Of a stretch of 58,738 nt of DNA, positions 1 to 10,057 are shown in pieces. This DNA is from Actinomycetota bacterium. Lineage in GTDB: Bacteria > Actinomycetota > Acidimicrobiia > IMCC26256 > PALSA-555. Where the stretch lies: NCBI GenBank assembly GCA_016870595.1, contig VGBI01000005.1, positions 1-58,738 of the forward strand. The letters run 5' to 3'. The translations under genes were made by a program, and so were the position numbers. The notes below the pieces were generated by a model. The model had not been told where the DNA came from, ran no database searches, and saw only the letters and a list, made by a program, of their open reading frames with translations. The number at the start of each line of letters is the position of its first letter. Positions within the stretch are counted from its first letter, which is position 1.

Positions 1-43
1 TCCGCCCGGCCTGGGCGGGGAGAGGGCCCGATAGGCTCACTCC

Positions 44-871
44 ATGACCCCCGCGTCCGAGGAGCAGCCGCACGCGGCAATTCCGGATGGGCCGCACGCG
101 GCAATTCCGGATGGGCCGCACGCGGCAATTCCGGATGGGCCGCACGCGGCAATTCCGGATGGGCCGCACGCGGCCGGTCGAGACGCGCCGCACGCGGTCG
201 CGGCGTCGGACCTCCTGCGCTGGGCCGAGACGCTGTCGGCGATCGCCCGGACCGGGATGGGCTTCACCCAGAGCCTCTACGAGCGCGAGCGGTTCGAGGA
301 GGTGCTCAAGGTCGCGGCCGACATCCGCTCGGCCGCGGTCGAGGAGGCCGAGGCCGACGCGATGTTCGAGGAGTGGCTCTCGACCGTGGGCGAGGGCGTG
401 GCCGGGTACGTCACCCCGAAGATCGCGGTGGCCGCGATCGTCGCCAACGCCGACAAGGAGATCCTCCTCACCCAGCGGGCCGACTCCGGCGTGTGGCTGT
501 ACCCGGTGGGCTGGGCCGACGTGGGCTACTCGCCGGCCGAGGTGGCGGTGAAGGAGGTGCTCGAGGAGACCGGCATCGAGGTCGAGGTCGAGGCTCTCAT
601 CGGCTGCTTCGACGGGCTGCGTCTCGGCTTCGCCCGCCTCCCCATGTACTCGCTGCTCTTCCACTGCCGGATCGTCGGCGGCGAGCTGCAGGGCCATCCG
701 CTCGAGACGCGTGCCGTTGGCTTCTTCCCCCGCGAGGCGCTCCCGTGGCCGCTGGCCGGCGCGGGCCGCTGGCTCGAGACCGCGTTCGCGGCGATCGACG
801 GCGAAGGCCGGGCCTGCGACTTCGACCCGCCCCGCACCCCGCCGTGGCGGGGCGGGATCGCCACGCACTGA
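44..871 (+). CDS. Nudix hydrolase with N-terminal helical domain (YjhB/ADP-ribose pyrophosphatase-like)
   Basis: Nudix box GWADVGYSPAEVAVKEVLEETG; N-domain LSAIARTGMGFTQSLYERERF; TAGGCT 6 nt before ATG. Confidence 0.85.
   Translation: MTPASEEQPHAAIPDGPHAAIPDGPHAAIPDGPHAAIPDGPHAAGRDAPHAVAASDLLRWAETLSAIARTGMGFTQSLYERERFEEVLKVAADIRSAAVEEAEADAMFEEWLSTVGEGVAGYVTPKIAVAAIVANADKEILLTQRADSGVWLYPVGWADVGYSPAEVAVKEVLEETGIEVEVEALIGCFDGLRLGFARLPMYSLLFHCRIVGGELQGHPLETRAVGFFPREALPWPLAGAGRWLETAFAAIDGEGRACDFDPPRTPPWRGGIATH
67..174 (+). repeat. 24-bp tandem repeat (GCCGCACGCGGCAATTCCGGATGG) x4.5, encoding PHAAIPDG
   Basis: Identical units start at 67, 91, 115 and 139, a partial unit at 163, and a degenerate in-phase copy at 187. 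Confidence 0.95.
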
Positions 872-881
872 CCCGGGTCGG

Positions 882-1403
882 CTAGGCGGGAGTGAGCTCC
901 GTCATCGTGAACAGCGGACGGAGCTCGACCCCGATCTCGGCGAGCGCGGCGGGCCCGCCGGACTCGCGGTCGATGACGCACAACGCGTGCTCGACGATCG
1001 CACCACGCTCGCGCAGATCGCCGCACGAGATCACCACCTGACCGCCCGAGGTCACGACGTCCTCCACCACCGTGAGGCGCCGCCCCGCGATCTCGGTGCC
1101 CTCGGCGAGCTGACAGGTGCCGTAGGTCTTGGCCTCCTTGCGCACGAACAGCGCCGGGATGCCGGTCACCTGTGACAGCATCGTGGCGAGCGGCACGCCG
1201 CCGAGCTCGAGTCCGGCCAGCAGCTCGGTCCCGGTGGGCACGGCCGCCGCCATGGCCTCGGCGATCGCGCGCAGCAGCGTCGGATCGCTCTCGAACCGGT
1301 ACTTGTCGAAGTACTGGTCGGAGACCGCACCCGAGCGCAGGGTGAAGGTCCCGGTCAGGTGGCTGACGTCGTAGATCGCGCGGGCCAGGTCGTCACGGTT
1401 CAC
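882..1403 (-). CDS. pyrE: Orotate phosphoribosyltransferase
   Basis: GTFTLRSG..YFDKY, FVRKEAKTYGT, PRPP motif VVEDVVTSGG; GTG start at 1403 preceded by GGAGGAG. Confidence 0.92.
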   Translation of the reverse strand: MNRDDLARAIYDVSHLTGTFTLRSGAVSDQYFDKYRFESDPTLLRAIAEAMAAAVPTGTELLAGLELGGVPLATMLSQVTGIPALFVRKEAKTYGTCQLAEGTEIAGRRLTVVEDVVTSGGQVVISCGDLRERGAIVEHALCVIDRESGGPAALAEIGVELRPLFTMTELTPA

Positions 1404-1911
1404 GGGGTGCTCCTCCGATGGGGGCCTGCAGCTCCTCGAGCAGCAGCGCCACGATGGACACGGCACCCCGGGACCGCTCCCAGGTGCTGCCGATGCGGGC
1501 GTGGTCGACGAGCCCGGACGCATCGGGCGCCAGCGCCAGCGTCGCGGTGGCCGCCGCGGTCAGGGGGGCCGGCTCGACCGGCTCGTCCACGGCGTAGCAC
1601 TCGAGTCCGTCCCACAGGGAGGTGAGCGGACGGCGTTCGCCCCCGAGAGGGAGCGACGCCGGGTCGGCCCCGGCGGCGAGCTGCCCGGTCACCTCGTCCC
1701 AGAGCTCGTACGGTCCGATCCCCGCCGGTGGGCGGAACCCGCTCACCGGGTGCAGCCGCCACTCGAGGGTCACGGCGCCGGGGCCGGTGTCGGTGAGCCA
1801 GGTCTGGGTGCCGTTGACGTAGCCGTCGACCGGCGGTCCGAGGTGCGCGTCGAGTGCGGCGACGAGCGCAGGGGAGATGCGCCAGACCGTGGTGGCGGTG
1901 TGGGCGCTCAT
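1393..1911 (-). CDS. Hypothetical protein, translationally coupled to pyrE
   Basis: Protein-like composition (GYVNGTQTWL, LEWRLHP); stop overlaps pyrE start; alternative start at 1938. Confidence 0.65.
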   Translation of the reverse strand: MSAHTATTVWRISPALVAALDAHLGPPVDGYVNGTQTWLTDTGPGAVTLEWRLHPVSGFRPPAGIGPYELWDEVTGQLAAGADPASLPLGGERRPLTSLWDGLECYAVDEPVEPAPLTAAATATLALAPDASGLVDHARIGSTWERSRGAVSIVALLLEELQAPIGGAPREP

Positions 1912-1984
1912 CGGACGATCACGGGTGTAGTCGAGCACACGACCGGGGCCATCGGGGGAATCGGGGGCGGCCTAGGATCCCGCC

Positions 1985-2197
1985 GTGTCCTGGGACCGGC
2001 TGTCCGTCGCCGACGGCACGTTCCTGGCCCTCGACGATCCCGTCACCCCGATGAACATCGGGACGATCATCGTCTTCGACGGCGACGCGCTCCGCGACGA
2101 CGCCGGGCGCATCCGGATGGACCTGATCCGGGCCCACGCCGCGGGCCGGATGCACCTGGCCGCCCTCCGCTCGGACCTCGGGGCGTCACCGGAGTGA
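1985..2197 (+). pseudogene. N-terminal remnant (70 aa) of a WS/DGAT wax ester/TAG synthase
   Basis: RLSVADGTFLALDDPVTPMNIG..FDG..GRIR aligns by eye to the N-terminus of 2759..4195; no HHxxxDG motif. Confidence 0.75.
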
Positions 2198-2736
2198 GCG
2201 CGCCCCCGACGACGACCGCGCCCCGGCGCGCCCACGCCCGCCGCCGGACCGGTGCGGTGGCGGGGCTGCTCGGGGTGGTGGCGGCGGCGGTGGCCCTGGG
2301 CGCCTGCGGCGGTGACGCCCCGCCCCGCCGCTCGTTCGCGGCCCTGACCACCGAGGCCGAGGCGATCTGCGCCGACGGGGCGGCCCGGGCCGAACGCCTC
2401 CGCGCCGATGCGCAGCCGGGCGCGCGCGGCGGCGCCGCGGCTCGGGAGATCGCCGCGACCCGGGCGGCGCTGCGGACCCAGGTCGACGGCTTCCGCCGCC
2501 TGCGCGGCCCCGAGGCCACCGACGCGCAGGTCGCCGATCTGGTCCGGCACCTCGAGTCGGCCGACGAGGGGCTCGCCGTGATCGAGCGCGCGGCCGCACG
2601 CGACGACCTCACCGTCGACGAGGCCGTCCGCTCCCGCCCGGCCGTCGTCGGGCGGGTGAACCGGGCCTCGGCCCAGGCCGCCGACGAACTGGTCGCCCTG
2701 GGCTGGCTCGGTTGCGTGGGCCTCGGCGGCGGCTGA
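2194..2736 (+). CDS. Putative lipoprotein (helical, two additional Cys)
   Basis: Basic N-terminus, hydrophobic stretch and lipobox LGAC; GTGA overlap with the upstream stop. Confidence 0.7.
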   Translation: MSAPPTTTAPRRAHARRRTGAVAGLLGVVAAAVALGACGGDAPPRRSFAALTTEAEAICADGAARAERLRADAQPGARGGAAAREIAATRAALRTQVDGFRRLRGPEATDAQVADLVRHLESADEGLAVIERAAARDDLTVDEAVRSRPAVVGRVNRASAQAADELVALGWLGCVGLGGG

Positions 2737-2758
2737 CGGGCTGGCCTAGCCTGCGGGG

Positions 2759-4195
2759 GTGCGCGGTCACGACCGGCTGACCGGGGTCGATGCGGGGTTC
2801 CTGGCGCTCGAGCGGCTCGAGACCCCGATGCACGTGGGCGCGCTCGCGATCCTCGACGGCGAGCCGTTCTTCGATTCCGACGGGCGCTTCCGGCTCGCCG
2901 AGGTGCGCAGGCTCGTCGCGTCCCGCCTGCACCGGCTGCCCCGCTTCCGGAAGCGGGTCTGCGACGTCCCCTTCGGGATCGGCCGTCCCGTCTGGGTCGA
3001 CGACGACCGCTTCGACATCGGCTACCACGTCCGACTCACCGCGCTCCCGCGGCCGGGGTCACGCGAGCAGCTGCTCGCGCTGTTTGCGCGGGTCGAGGCC
3101 CAGATGCTCGACCGCACCCGGCCGTTGTGGGAGCTCTGGTTCGTGGAGGGCCTGGAGGACGGTCGCGTCGCGTTGATCCAGAAGACCCACCACGCGCTCG
3201 TCGACGGGGTGTCGGGGGTCGACGTCGCGACGGTGCTGTTCGACTTCACCCCCGAGCCGGTGGTCCCCGAGCCGGCGGCGCCCGAGCCGCCCCCGTGGTC
3301 ACCGGCACCGACGCCGTCGGCGTCGCAGCTGCTCGTCGACACCGTGGTGGAGGAGATCGGTGACCTCCTGGCGCTCGGGCACGGGATGGCCGCAGTGACC
3401 TCGGTGCCGGGCCGGGCGTGGGCCCGGGCCGGCGATCTCGCGCGGGCCGCCGCCACCTTCGCCGAGGGTCGGCTGCTCGCGCCGCGGCTCAGCATCAACC
3501 GACCGGTCGGACGGCACCGCACCTTCCTCGGCGTGCGCGTGCCCCTCGACGACGTGCGGGCTGTGCGCCGGGACCTCGGCGGCACGGTCAACGACGTCGT
3601 GCTCGCCGGCGTGGCGGGCGGGCTGGCCCGCTTCCTCGGGTCACGGGGTGAGCTGCGGGCCGGCCTCACGGTGAAGGCCATGTGCCCGGTCTCGGTGCGG
3701 GCCGACGACGAGCACCTCGCGCTCGGGAACCGGGTCTCGGCGCTGGTGGTGCCGTTGCCGGTCGGGGAGCCCGACCCCCGGGCCCGGCTCGCGGCGGTGC
3801 GGGACGCGACCGCCGACCTGAAGGAGCGCCACCAGGCCGTGGCGGCCGAGGCGCTGTTCGGGCTCACCCAGTACGTCGCGCCCACCCTGCTCGGGCTCGC
3901 CGCCCGGGCCGCCCACCACCAGGTCTTCTTCAACCTGGTGAGCACGAACGTGCCCGGCCCCCAGGTCCCGCTCTACTGCATGGGCGCCCGGATGCGCGAG
4001 GCGTACCCGATGGTCCCGTTGGCCCGGAACCTGGGCATCGGGATCGCCATCCTCTCGTACTGTGGAATGCTGCACCTCGGGATCCTCGCCGACCGCGATA
4101 CCTTCCCCGACCTCGACGTGCTCGCCGACGGGATCGTCGACGCCTTCGCCGAGTTGCGCGCCCTCACCGACAATTCCGGAGCCGACGACCAGTGA
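2759..4195 (+). CDS. Wax ester synthase/diacylglycerol acyltransferase (WS/DGAT)
   Basis: Catalytic HHALVDG, RPLWE, GTVNDV, STNVPGP. Confidence 0.93.
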   Translation: MRGHDRLTGVDAGFLALERLETPMHVGALAILDGEPFFDSDGRFRLAEVRRLVASRLHRLPRFRKRVCDVPFGIGRPVWVDDDRFDIGYHVRLTALPRPGSREQLLALFARVEAQMLDRTRPLWELWFVEGLEDGRVALIQKTHHALVDGVSGVDVATVLFDFTPEPVVPEPAAPEPPPWSPAPTPSASQLLVDTVVEEIGDLLALGHGMAAVTSVPGRAWARAGDLARAAATFAEGRLLAPRLSINRPVGRHRTFLGVRVPLDDVRAVRRDLGGTVNDVVLAGVAGGLARFLGSRGELRAGLTVKAMCPVSVRADDEHLALGNRVSALVVPLPVGEPDPRARLAAVRDATADLKERHQAVAAEALFGLTQYVAPTLLGLAARAAHHQVFFNLVSTNVPGPQVPLYCMGARMREAYPMVPLARNLGIGIAILSYCGMLHLGILADRDTFPDLDVLADGIVDAFAELRALTDNSGADDQ

Positions 4196-5625
4196 GCGCC
4201 CTTCCCGAGCGGTTCTGGGCCGACGACGCCTGGGTGCTCGCCGATGCGGTGCGGGCCGGGTCGGTGCGGGCCGTGGACCTCCTCGACGGCGTGCTCGACC
4301 GCATCGCCACCGTCGACCCCGCCCTCAACGCCGTGTGCTTCGTCGATCCCGCCGGCGCCCGGGCCGCGGCCGAAGCGGTCGACGCCCGGATCGCCCGGGG
4401 TGAGGATCCCGGCCCGCTCGCCGGGCTGCCGATCGGGGTGAAGGAGCTCACGCCGGTCGCGGGCTGGCCCGAGACCCACGCCTCGCTCGTCTACGCCGAC
4501 CGCGTCGCCGCGCACGACGACACCGAGACCGCGCGCCTGCGCGCGGGCGGGGCCGTGCTCGCCGCGCAGACCACGGCATCGGAGCACGGGTCGGTGAGCT
4601 TCACCAACACCCCGCTGCACGGCGTCACGCGGAACCCGTGGTCGCTCGACCACACGCCGGGCGGCTCGTCGGGGGGTGCCGCCGCCGCGGTGGCCGCGGG
4701 GATCTTCCCGGTGGCGACGGCGGGCGACGGGGGCGGGTCGATCCGCATCCCGGCGGCGTACTGCGGCCTGCTCGGGATGAAGGTCACGTACGGGCTGATC
4801 GGCCGGGGGCCGGGCCCGTTCAACTCGTCGTTGACCCCGGTGCGGGGACCGATGGCGCGTTCCCCCCGCGACGCCGCCCGCTACCTCGACGTCGTCACCG
4901 GGCCGACCCTGACCGACCCCACCTCGCTGCCCAAGCCTGCGGCGTTCGAGCCCGGGCTCGGGTCGGGCGCGGCGCAGGAGGGCCTGCGGGGCCTGCGGGT
5001 CGCGTGGACCGACGCGCTCGGGGGCTTCGCCGCGGAGCCCGCGGTGGCCGCAGCGGCCCGGGAGACCGCCGAGGCCCTGGTCGACGCGGCGGGCATGGAG
5101 TGGGTCGACGTCGCGGTCGACTTCCCCCGTCCCGGGATGAGCTGGGGCCTGCTCTCCTCGCTCGACGACATGGCTTGGCACATGGACGCAATCGCCGACC
5201 GCCTCGACGACGTCACCCCCGTCTACCGGCTCGCCTACGAGTCGGTGCGCGCAATGCGCCCCGACGTGCTGCTCAAGGCGATCCGGCGCCGGGCCGAGCT
5301 GTGCGCAGCGTCGGCCGCGCTCTTCGAGGCGGTCGACCTCCTCCTCACCCCGACGACGCCGACCCCGGCGTTCGCGGCCGAAGGGGCGCTCACCGGGACG
5401 CTCAACGGCGAGGAGGTCACGCTGTTCGGGCTGTCGGCCGCGTTCACCGCCCCGTTCAACGTCACCGGTCAGCCGGCCTGCTCGATCCCCGCCGGGACCG
5501 TCGCCGGACTGCCGGTCGGTCTCCAGGTGGTGGCGCCCCGCCACCACGACGCCCACTGCCTCGCAGCCGGCGCCGTGGTGGAGGCGGTCCGACCGTGGCC
5601 CCGCCTCGCGCCACCCCACGACTGA
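4192..5625 (+). CDS. Amidase (amidase-signature family)
   Basis: GLPIGVKE, TPGGSSGG, AGDGGGSIRIPAA; GTGA-coupled to the WS/DGAT. Confidence 0.9.
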   Translation: MSALPERFWADDAWVLADAVRAGSVRAVDLLDGVLDRIATVDPALNAVCFVDPAGARAAAEAVDARIARGEDPGPLAGLPIGVKELTPVAGWPETHASLVYADRVAAHDDTETARLRAGGAVLAAQTTASEHGSVSFTNTPLHGVTRNPWSLDHTPGGSSGGAAAAVAAGIFPVATAGDGGGSIRIPAAYCGLLGMKVTYGLIGRGPGPFNSSLTPVRGPMARSPRDAARYLDVVTGPTLTDPTSLPKPAAFEPGLGSGAAQEGLRGLRVAWTDALGGFAAEPAVAAAARETAEALVDAAGMEWVDVAVDFPRPGMSWGLLSSLDDMAWHMDAIADRLDDVTPVYRLAYESVRAMRPDVLLKAIRRRAELCAASAALFEAVDLLLTPTTPTPAFAAEGALTGTLNGEEVTLFGLSAAFTAPFNVTGQPACSIPAGTVAGLPVGLQVVAPRHHDAHCLAAGAVVEAVRPWPRLAPPHD

Positions 5626-5645
5626 TCGCCCCGGAGGATCCGTTC

Positions 5646-7060
5646 GTGCCGTCCCTGCCGCCCCGCCGCCTGTCGGCCGCCGACACCATCCTGTCCATGC
5701 TCGACGACCCGTCGGTGCCCTTCTGCGTCGGCGCGGTCCTCCGCCTCGAGGGCGCGACGCTCCTCGACGCCGAGGGACGGATCCGGCTCGCGTTCGTGCG
5801 CGAGATGTCCGACGCCACCCTCCACCACCGCCCGCTGAACCGCTGCATCCCCGTGGACGTCCCCGGTGGGGTGGGGCGACCGGTATGGGTCGAGGACCCC
5901 GAGTTCGCGATCGCCGACCACGTGACCGCCGCGACGTTGCCGGAGCCGACCGAGGCCGCGCTGTGGCGCGCGGTGGAGGACTTCCTCGGCGCGCCGTTCC
6001 CGGACGGCCGTCCCCGCTGGGGGACCGGCTCCTCACCGGCCTCCCCGACGGCGACGTCGCCCTGGTGGTCAAGACGCACCACGCCATGGTCGACGGCATG
6101 GGCGGGCTCGGCGCCCTCGGTCGGCTCGTGACCCTCACGCCCGAGTTCGAGCCGCCCGAGCCCCCCGAGCCGTGGGACCCGGCGCCCCTCCCGAGCGGGA
6201 CCGCGCTCGTGACCGCCGCCCTGCGCGACCAGGGTCGGGCCCTGGCCCGGCTCGGCCGCACCGCCGGTTGGGCCCTGCGGGCGCCCCGGGCCGCCGCCGC
6301 CGAGGCCCGCCGGGCCGTGCAGACGGTGCGGGCCCTCAACGCCGGTCTGGTCGGACCCGACGACCCCCTCGGCCTGACCCGCCCCACGGGGCCGCGACGC
6401 CGCCGGGTCGCAGGCACGGTCGCGCTCGACGACCTGCGCGCGGTGCGGGCGGCCTTCGGGGGCACGGTCAACGACGTGCTCGTCGCCGTCGCGGTCGGGG
6501 GCGTGCGCCGGGTCCTCGTCGGCCGGGGCGGGCCGCCACCCGACGCGACGCTGGCGGTGAGCTGCCCGGTGTCCACCCGGGCGGTCGACGACACCGGCCC
6601 GGGGAACCGGGCCACGGGCCTGGCGATCCGGGTCCCGCTCGGGCCCGCCGACCCGGTGGCGCGACTGGCGGAGGTCGTGGCCGCGACCGGAGCGGCCAAG
6701 CAGGCCGAGACGGCCCGCCTCCTCCAGCGCCTCGTCGAACTGGGCGACGTGGCCCCACCCGCGCTCCTGCGCCGGCTGGCCCGACGGCTCCGGCAGGCGG
6801 GATCGCAACTGGTCGTGTCGAACCTCGTCGGGCCCCCCGTGCCGGTCTGGCTCGTCGGGGCGCGGGTGCGTGCCCTCGTCCCCTTCGCCCCGCTCCCGGG
6901 CGCGGGCGGGATCGTCATGGTCGCGTTGAGCTACGACGGCGTGGTCGGCATCGGGGTCACGGTCGATCCCGACACGGTGCCCGACCCCGACGCGTTCGTC
7001 GCCGGTATGTACGCCGAGCTGGCCGACCTCGTCCGGGCCGCCGGGGAGTCCCCCCGGTAG
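5646..7060 (+). pseudogene. WS/DGAT paralogue with a 1-nt frameshift at about 6019-6023 (real lesion or sequencing error)
   Basis: N-half RLSAAD..GRPVWVED in one frame; C-half KTHHAMVDG, GTVNDV, SNLVGP in another; junction in a G5 run. Confidence 0.85.
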
Positions 7061-7070
7061 TCTCCCGGCC

Positions 7071-8261
7071 GTGACCGCCCCGGCGCCGCGTCCCCCCAAG
7101 CAGGAGCAGGAGCCGGCGTCGGAGGAGGTCACCGAGATCGCCCCCGGCGTGATCCGGATGCAGCTGCCGATCTGGATGCCGGGCCTGGGCCACGTGAACA
7201 TGTACGGGCTGCTCGACGACCGCGGGCTCGCGGTGGTCGACCCGGGCCTCCCGGGACCGTCGTCGTGGAAGGCGCTCAAGGCCCGGCTCAAGACGGCCGG
7301 GTTCCGGGTCCGCGACATCCACACCGTCATCGTCACCCATTCGCACCCCGACCACTTCGGGGGTGCGGGCCGCATCCGCAAGGAGTCCGGGGCCGAGCTG
7401 ATCGCGCACCGGGCCTTCACCACGTGGTCGCTCGAGGAGTCGCGCCGGCGCAACGAGCTGCCGAGCGAGCAGGAGGCGCTCGAGGCCGAGCGCATCGCCG
7501 CGGCCGCGGCGCAGGCGCTCGACGCGTGGGACGACGTCGGCATCCCGACCGTGGGCGACCACACCGACGACGTCACCGGCGACCCGCTGCGTGATGACCC
7601 CACCCCGGAGCTCACTGCCCGGTCGGTGCCCTGGGGTGGCGAGACCCCCTGGGGCGGGTCGCGCCATCCGATGCCCAAGCTGTCGCGCCGCATGGTGATC
7701 CGGGCGATGAAGCTGCTGTTCGCGCCGCCCGATCCGACCCGGCGGGTCCGGCACGCCGAGCGGGTCACCCTCGCCGGGCGCGAGTGGGTGAGCGTTCACA
7801 CCCCGGGCCACACCGTCGACCACCTGTGCCTCTACGACCCCGAGCACGGGCTGCTCATCTCGGGCGACCACGTGCTGCCGTCGATCACGCCCCACATCTC
7901 CGGGGTGGGCAACGGCGCCGACGCGCTGCACAGCTACATCCAGACCCTCGACCTCGTCGCCGCGCTCGACGGCGTGCGCCTCGGGCTGCCCGCCCACGGC
8001 CACCCCTTCGCCGACGTCCCCGGGCGGGTGGCCGCGATCAAGGAGCACCACGAGGAGCGCATGGAGCAGCTCGCCGCGGCGTCGGTGGCGGTGGGCCCGG
8101 CCACGGTGCAGGCCCTGTCCCACGAGATCTTCCCCCGCAAGCACTGGGGGGTCATGGCCGAGAGCGAGACCTTCGCCCACCTCGAGCACCTCGTCAGCGA
8201 GGGCCGGGCCGAGCGCTGGACCGAGGGCGGCGCCCTCGTCTACCGGATCGCCGCGGCGTAG
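7071..8261 (+). CDS. MBL-fold metallo-hydrolase
   Basis: THSHPDH, TPGHT, SGDH, PAHG motifs. Confidence 0.9.
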   Translation: MTAPAPRPPKQEQEPASEEVTEIAPGVIRMQLPIWMPGLGHVNMYGLLDDRGLAVVDPGLPGPSSWKALKARLKTAGFRVRDIHTVIVTHSHPDHFGGAGRIRKESGAELIAHRAFTTWSLEESRRRNELPSEQEALEAERIAAAAAQALDAWDDVGIPTVGDHTDDVTGDPLRDDPTPELTARSVPWGGETPWGGSRHPMPKLSRRMVIRAMKLLFAPPDPTRRVRHAERVTLAGREWVSVHTPGHTVDHLCLYDPEHGLLISGDHVLPSITPHISGVGNGADALHSYIQTLDLVAALDGVRLGLPAHGHPFADVPGRVAAIKEHHEERMEQLAAASVAVGPATVQALSHEIFPRKHWGVMAESETFAHLEHLVSEGRAERWTEGGALVYRIAAA

Positions 8262-8270
8262 CCTGCGGGG

Positions 8271-9602
8271 ATGACCCGAGTCGAGGATCCCGAGGCGACC
8301 GATCTCCTCCAGCAGCTGATCCGCAACGCCTGCGTCAACGACGGCACCCCGGCGTCGGGCCAGGAGCTTCGCAGCGTCGACCTCCTCCAGCAGTACCTGG
8401 GCACCGCCGGTCTCGACGTGCAGCGGTTCGAGCCCCAGCCCGGACGGGCCAGCCTCCTCGCCCGGATCGAGGGGAGCGACCCCACGGCGCCCACCCTCAT
8501 GCTCATGGGCCACACCGACGTCGTGCCGGTCAACCCCGACGGCTGGAGCCGGGACCCGTTCTCGGGCGAGGTGGTCGACGGGATGGTGTGGGGCCGGGGT
8601 GCCGTCGACATGCTCAACCTCACCGCCACCCAGGCCGTGGCCTTCCGGCGCCTCGCCGACTCGGGGTTCACGCCCCGCGGGACGCTGCTGTACCTGGCGG
8701 TCGCCGACGAGGAGGCGCTCGGCACCTGGGGGGCCCGCTGGCTCGTGGACCACGAGTGGGACGCGGTCGCCACCGACTACGTGCTCACGGAGTCGGGTGG
8801 GTTCCAGATGCCCACGCCGACCGGGCCCCGGCTGCCGGTCATGGTCGCCGAGAAGGGCACGTTCTGGTCGAAGCTCCACGTGCACGGCACGCCGGGGCAC
8901 GGCTCCCAGCCGTTCCGCACCGACAACGCGTTGGTCACCGCGGCCGAGGTCGTGCGCCGGATCGCCGAGTACGCGCCGGCCGCGCAGATGGGCGAGGTGT
9001 GGCGCCGGTTCGTCGAGGGGATGGGCTACCCGGCCGAGGTCTCCGAGGCGTTCCTCGACCCGGCCGCGATCCGCGACTTCTGCGCGACCCTGCCGGTGGG
9101 TCTCGGGCGGCTGAGCCACGCCTGCACCCACACCACGTTCTCGCCCAACGTGATCCACGGCGGGACCAAGACCAACGTGATCCCCGACCACGTGGAGCTC
9201 GAGGTCGACATCCGCACCCTGCCGGGCCAGACCGGCGACGAAATCCGGGCGATGCTGCGCGAGGCGCTGGGCGACCTCGCCGACGCGGTCGAGGTGGAGT
9301 CCAACGACGACCCGTCGACGGCATCGCCGATCGACACCCCGCTGTGGGACGCGCTGCAGACCGTGACCGGCCGGATGGTCGCCGACTCTGCCCTGGTCCC
9401 GTTCCTGATGGTGGGTGGGACCGACAACCGCTTCTTCCGGCGGGCGGGCTCGGTCGGGTACGGGTTCGGACTGTTCTCGCAGCGCCTGAAGTTCGAGGAC
9501 TACGCCACCATGTTCCACGGCAACGACGAGCGGGTCGACGTCGAGTCGCTCGCCCTGTCCACCCAGCTGTGGCAGGCGGTGGCCGAGGAGCTGCTCGGAT
9601 GA
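8271..9602 (+). CDS. M20-family metallopeptidase/deacylase (ArgE/DapE-like)
   Basis: MGHTDVVP, WGRGAVDM, ADEE, GGTD, FHGNDE. Confidence 0.9.
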   Translation: MTRVEDPEATDLLQQLIRNACVNDGTPASGQELRSVDLLQQYLGTAGLDVQRFEPQPGRASLLARIEGSDPTAPTLMLMGHTDVVPVNPDGWSRDPFSGEVVDGMVWGRGAVDMLNLTATQAVAFRRLADSGFTPRGTLLYLAVADEEALGTWGARWLVDHEWDAVATDYVLTESGGFQMPTPTGPRLPVMVAEKGTFWSKLHVHGTPGHGSQPFRTDNALVTAAEVVRRIAEYAPAAQMGEVWRRFVEGMGYPAEVSEAFLDPAAIRDFCATLPVGLGRLSHACTHTTFSPNVIHGGTKTNVIPDHVELEVDIRTLPGQTGDEIRAMLREALGDLADAVEVESNDDPSTASPIDTPLWDALQTVTGRMVADSALVPFLMVGGTDNRFFRRAGSVGYGFGLFSQRLKFEDYATMFHGNDERVDVESLALSTQLWQAVAEELLG

Positions 9603-10027
9603 GCGGCGCGGCCGAGGCGATCCGCAACCACTGCCGGTTCTGGAACGCGATGGACAAGGCGTCGTGGCTCGCGCTCTTCGCCGACGACATCGAGTACGAG
9701 GACCCGCCGGGCACGGTGGCGAGCCGCGGGGTCGAGGTGATGTCGACCCACGCCTGGGACGGCGCGTTCACGGCGGTGAAGCGCTGGATCCTCGAGCCGG
9801 TCAAGATCATCGAGTGCGGCCGTGAGGCGCAGGTCTACATGCGCAACCACGGATCCGTTGACGGGCTCCCGGTGTGCGTCGAGAGCATCGAGCTCTGGCG
9901 GGTCGACGAGACCGGTCGGGTCGACCTGATCCGCGCGTTCTGGGAGCCTCCGCAGGACCCGGCGATTCACGCCCACCTCGCAGTGGCGGGGTGGGCGGGT
10001 GGGACCGGGGATCCCGCCGACGCCTGA
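9599..10027 (+). CDS. SnoaL/NTF2-like (ketosteroid isomerase-like) protein
   Basis: WLALFADDIEYEDPPG..IRAFW; ATGA overlap with the M20 gene. Confidence 0.8.
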   Translation: MSGAAEAIRNHCRFWNAMDKASWLALFADDIEYEDPPGTVASRGVEVMSTHAWDGAFTAVKRWILEPVKIIECGREAQVYMRNHGSVDGLPVCVESIELWRVDETGRVDLIRAFWEPPQDPAIHAHLAVAGWAGGTGDPADA

Positions 10028-10057
10028 CGCCGGCGCGCCGCGGACGGACCGGCGGCC

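Noticed and set aside
67-197. CRISPR array
   Set aside because: Units are contiguous with no spacers, lie in frame within a CDS, and no cas genes are present
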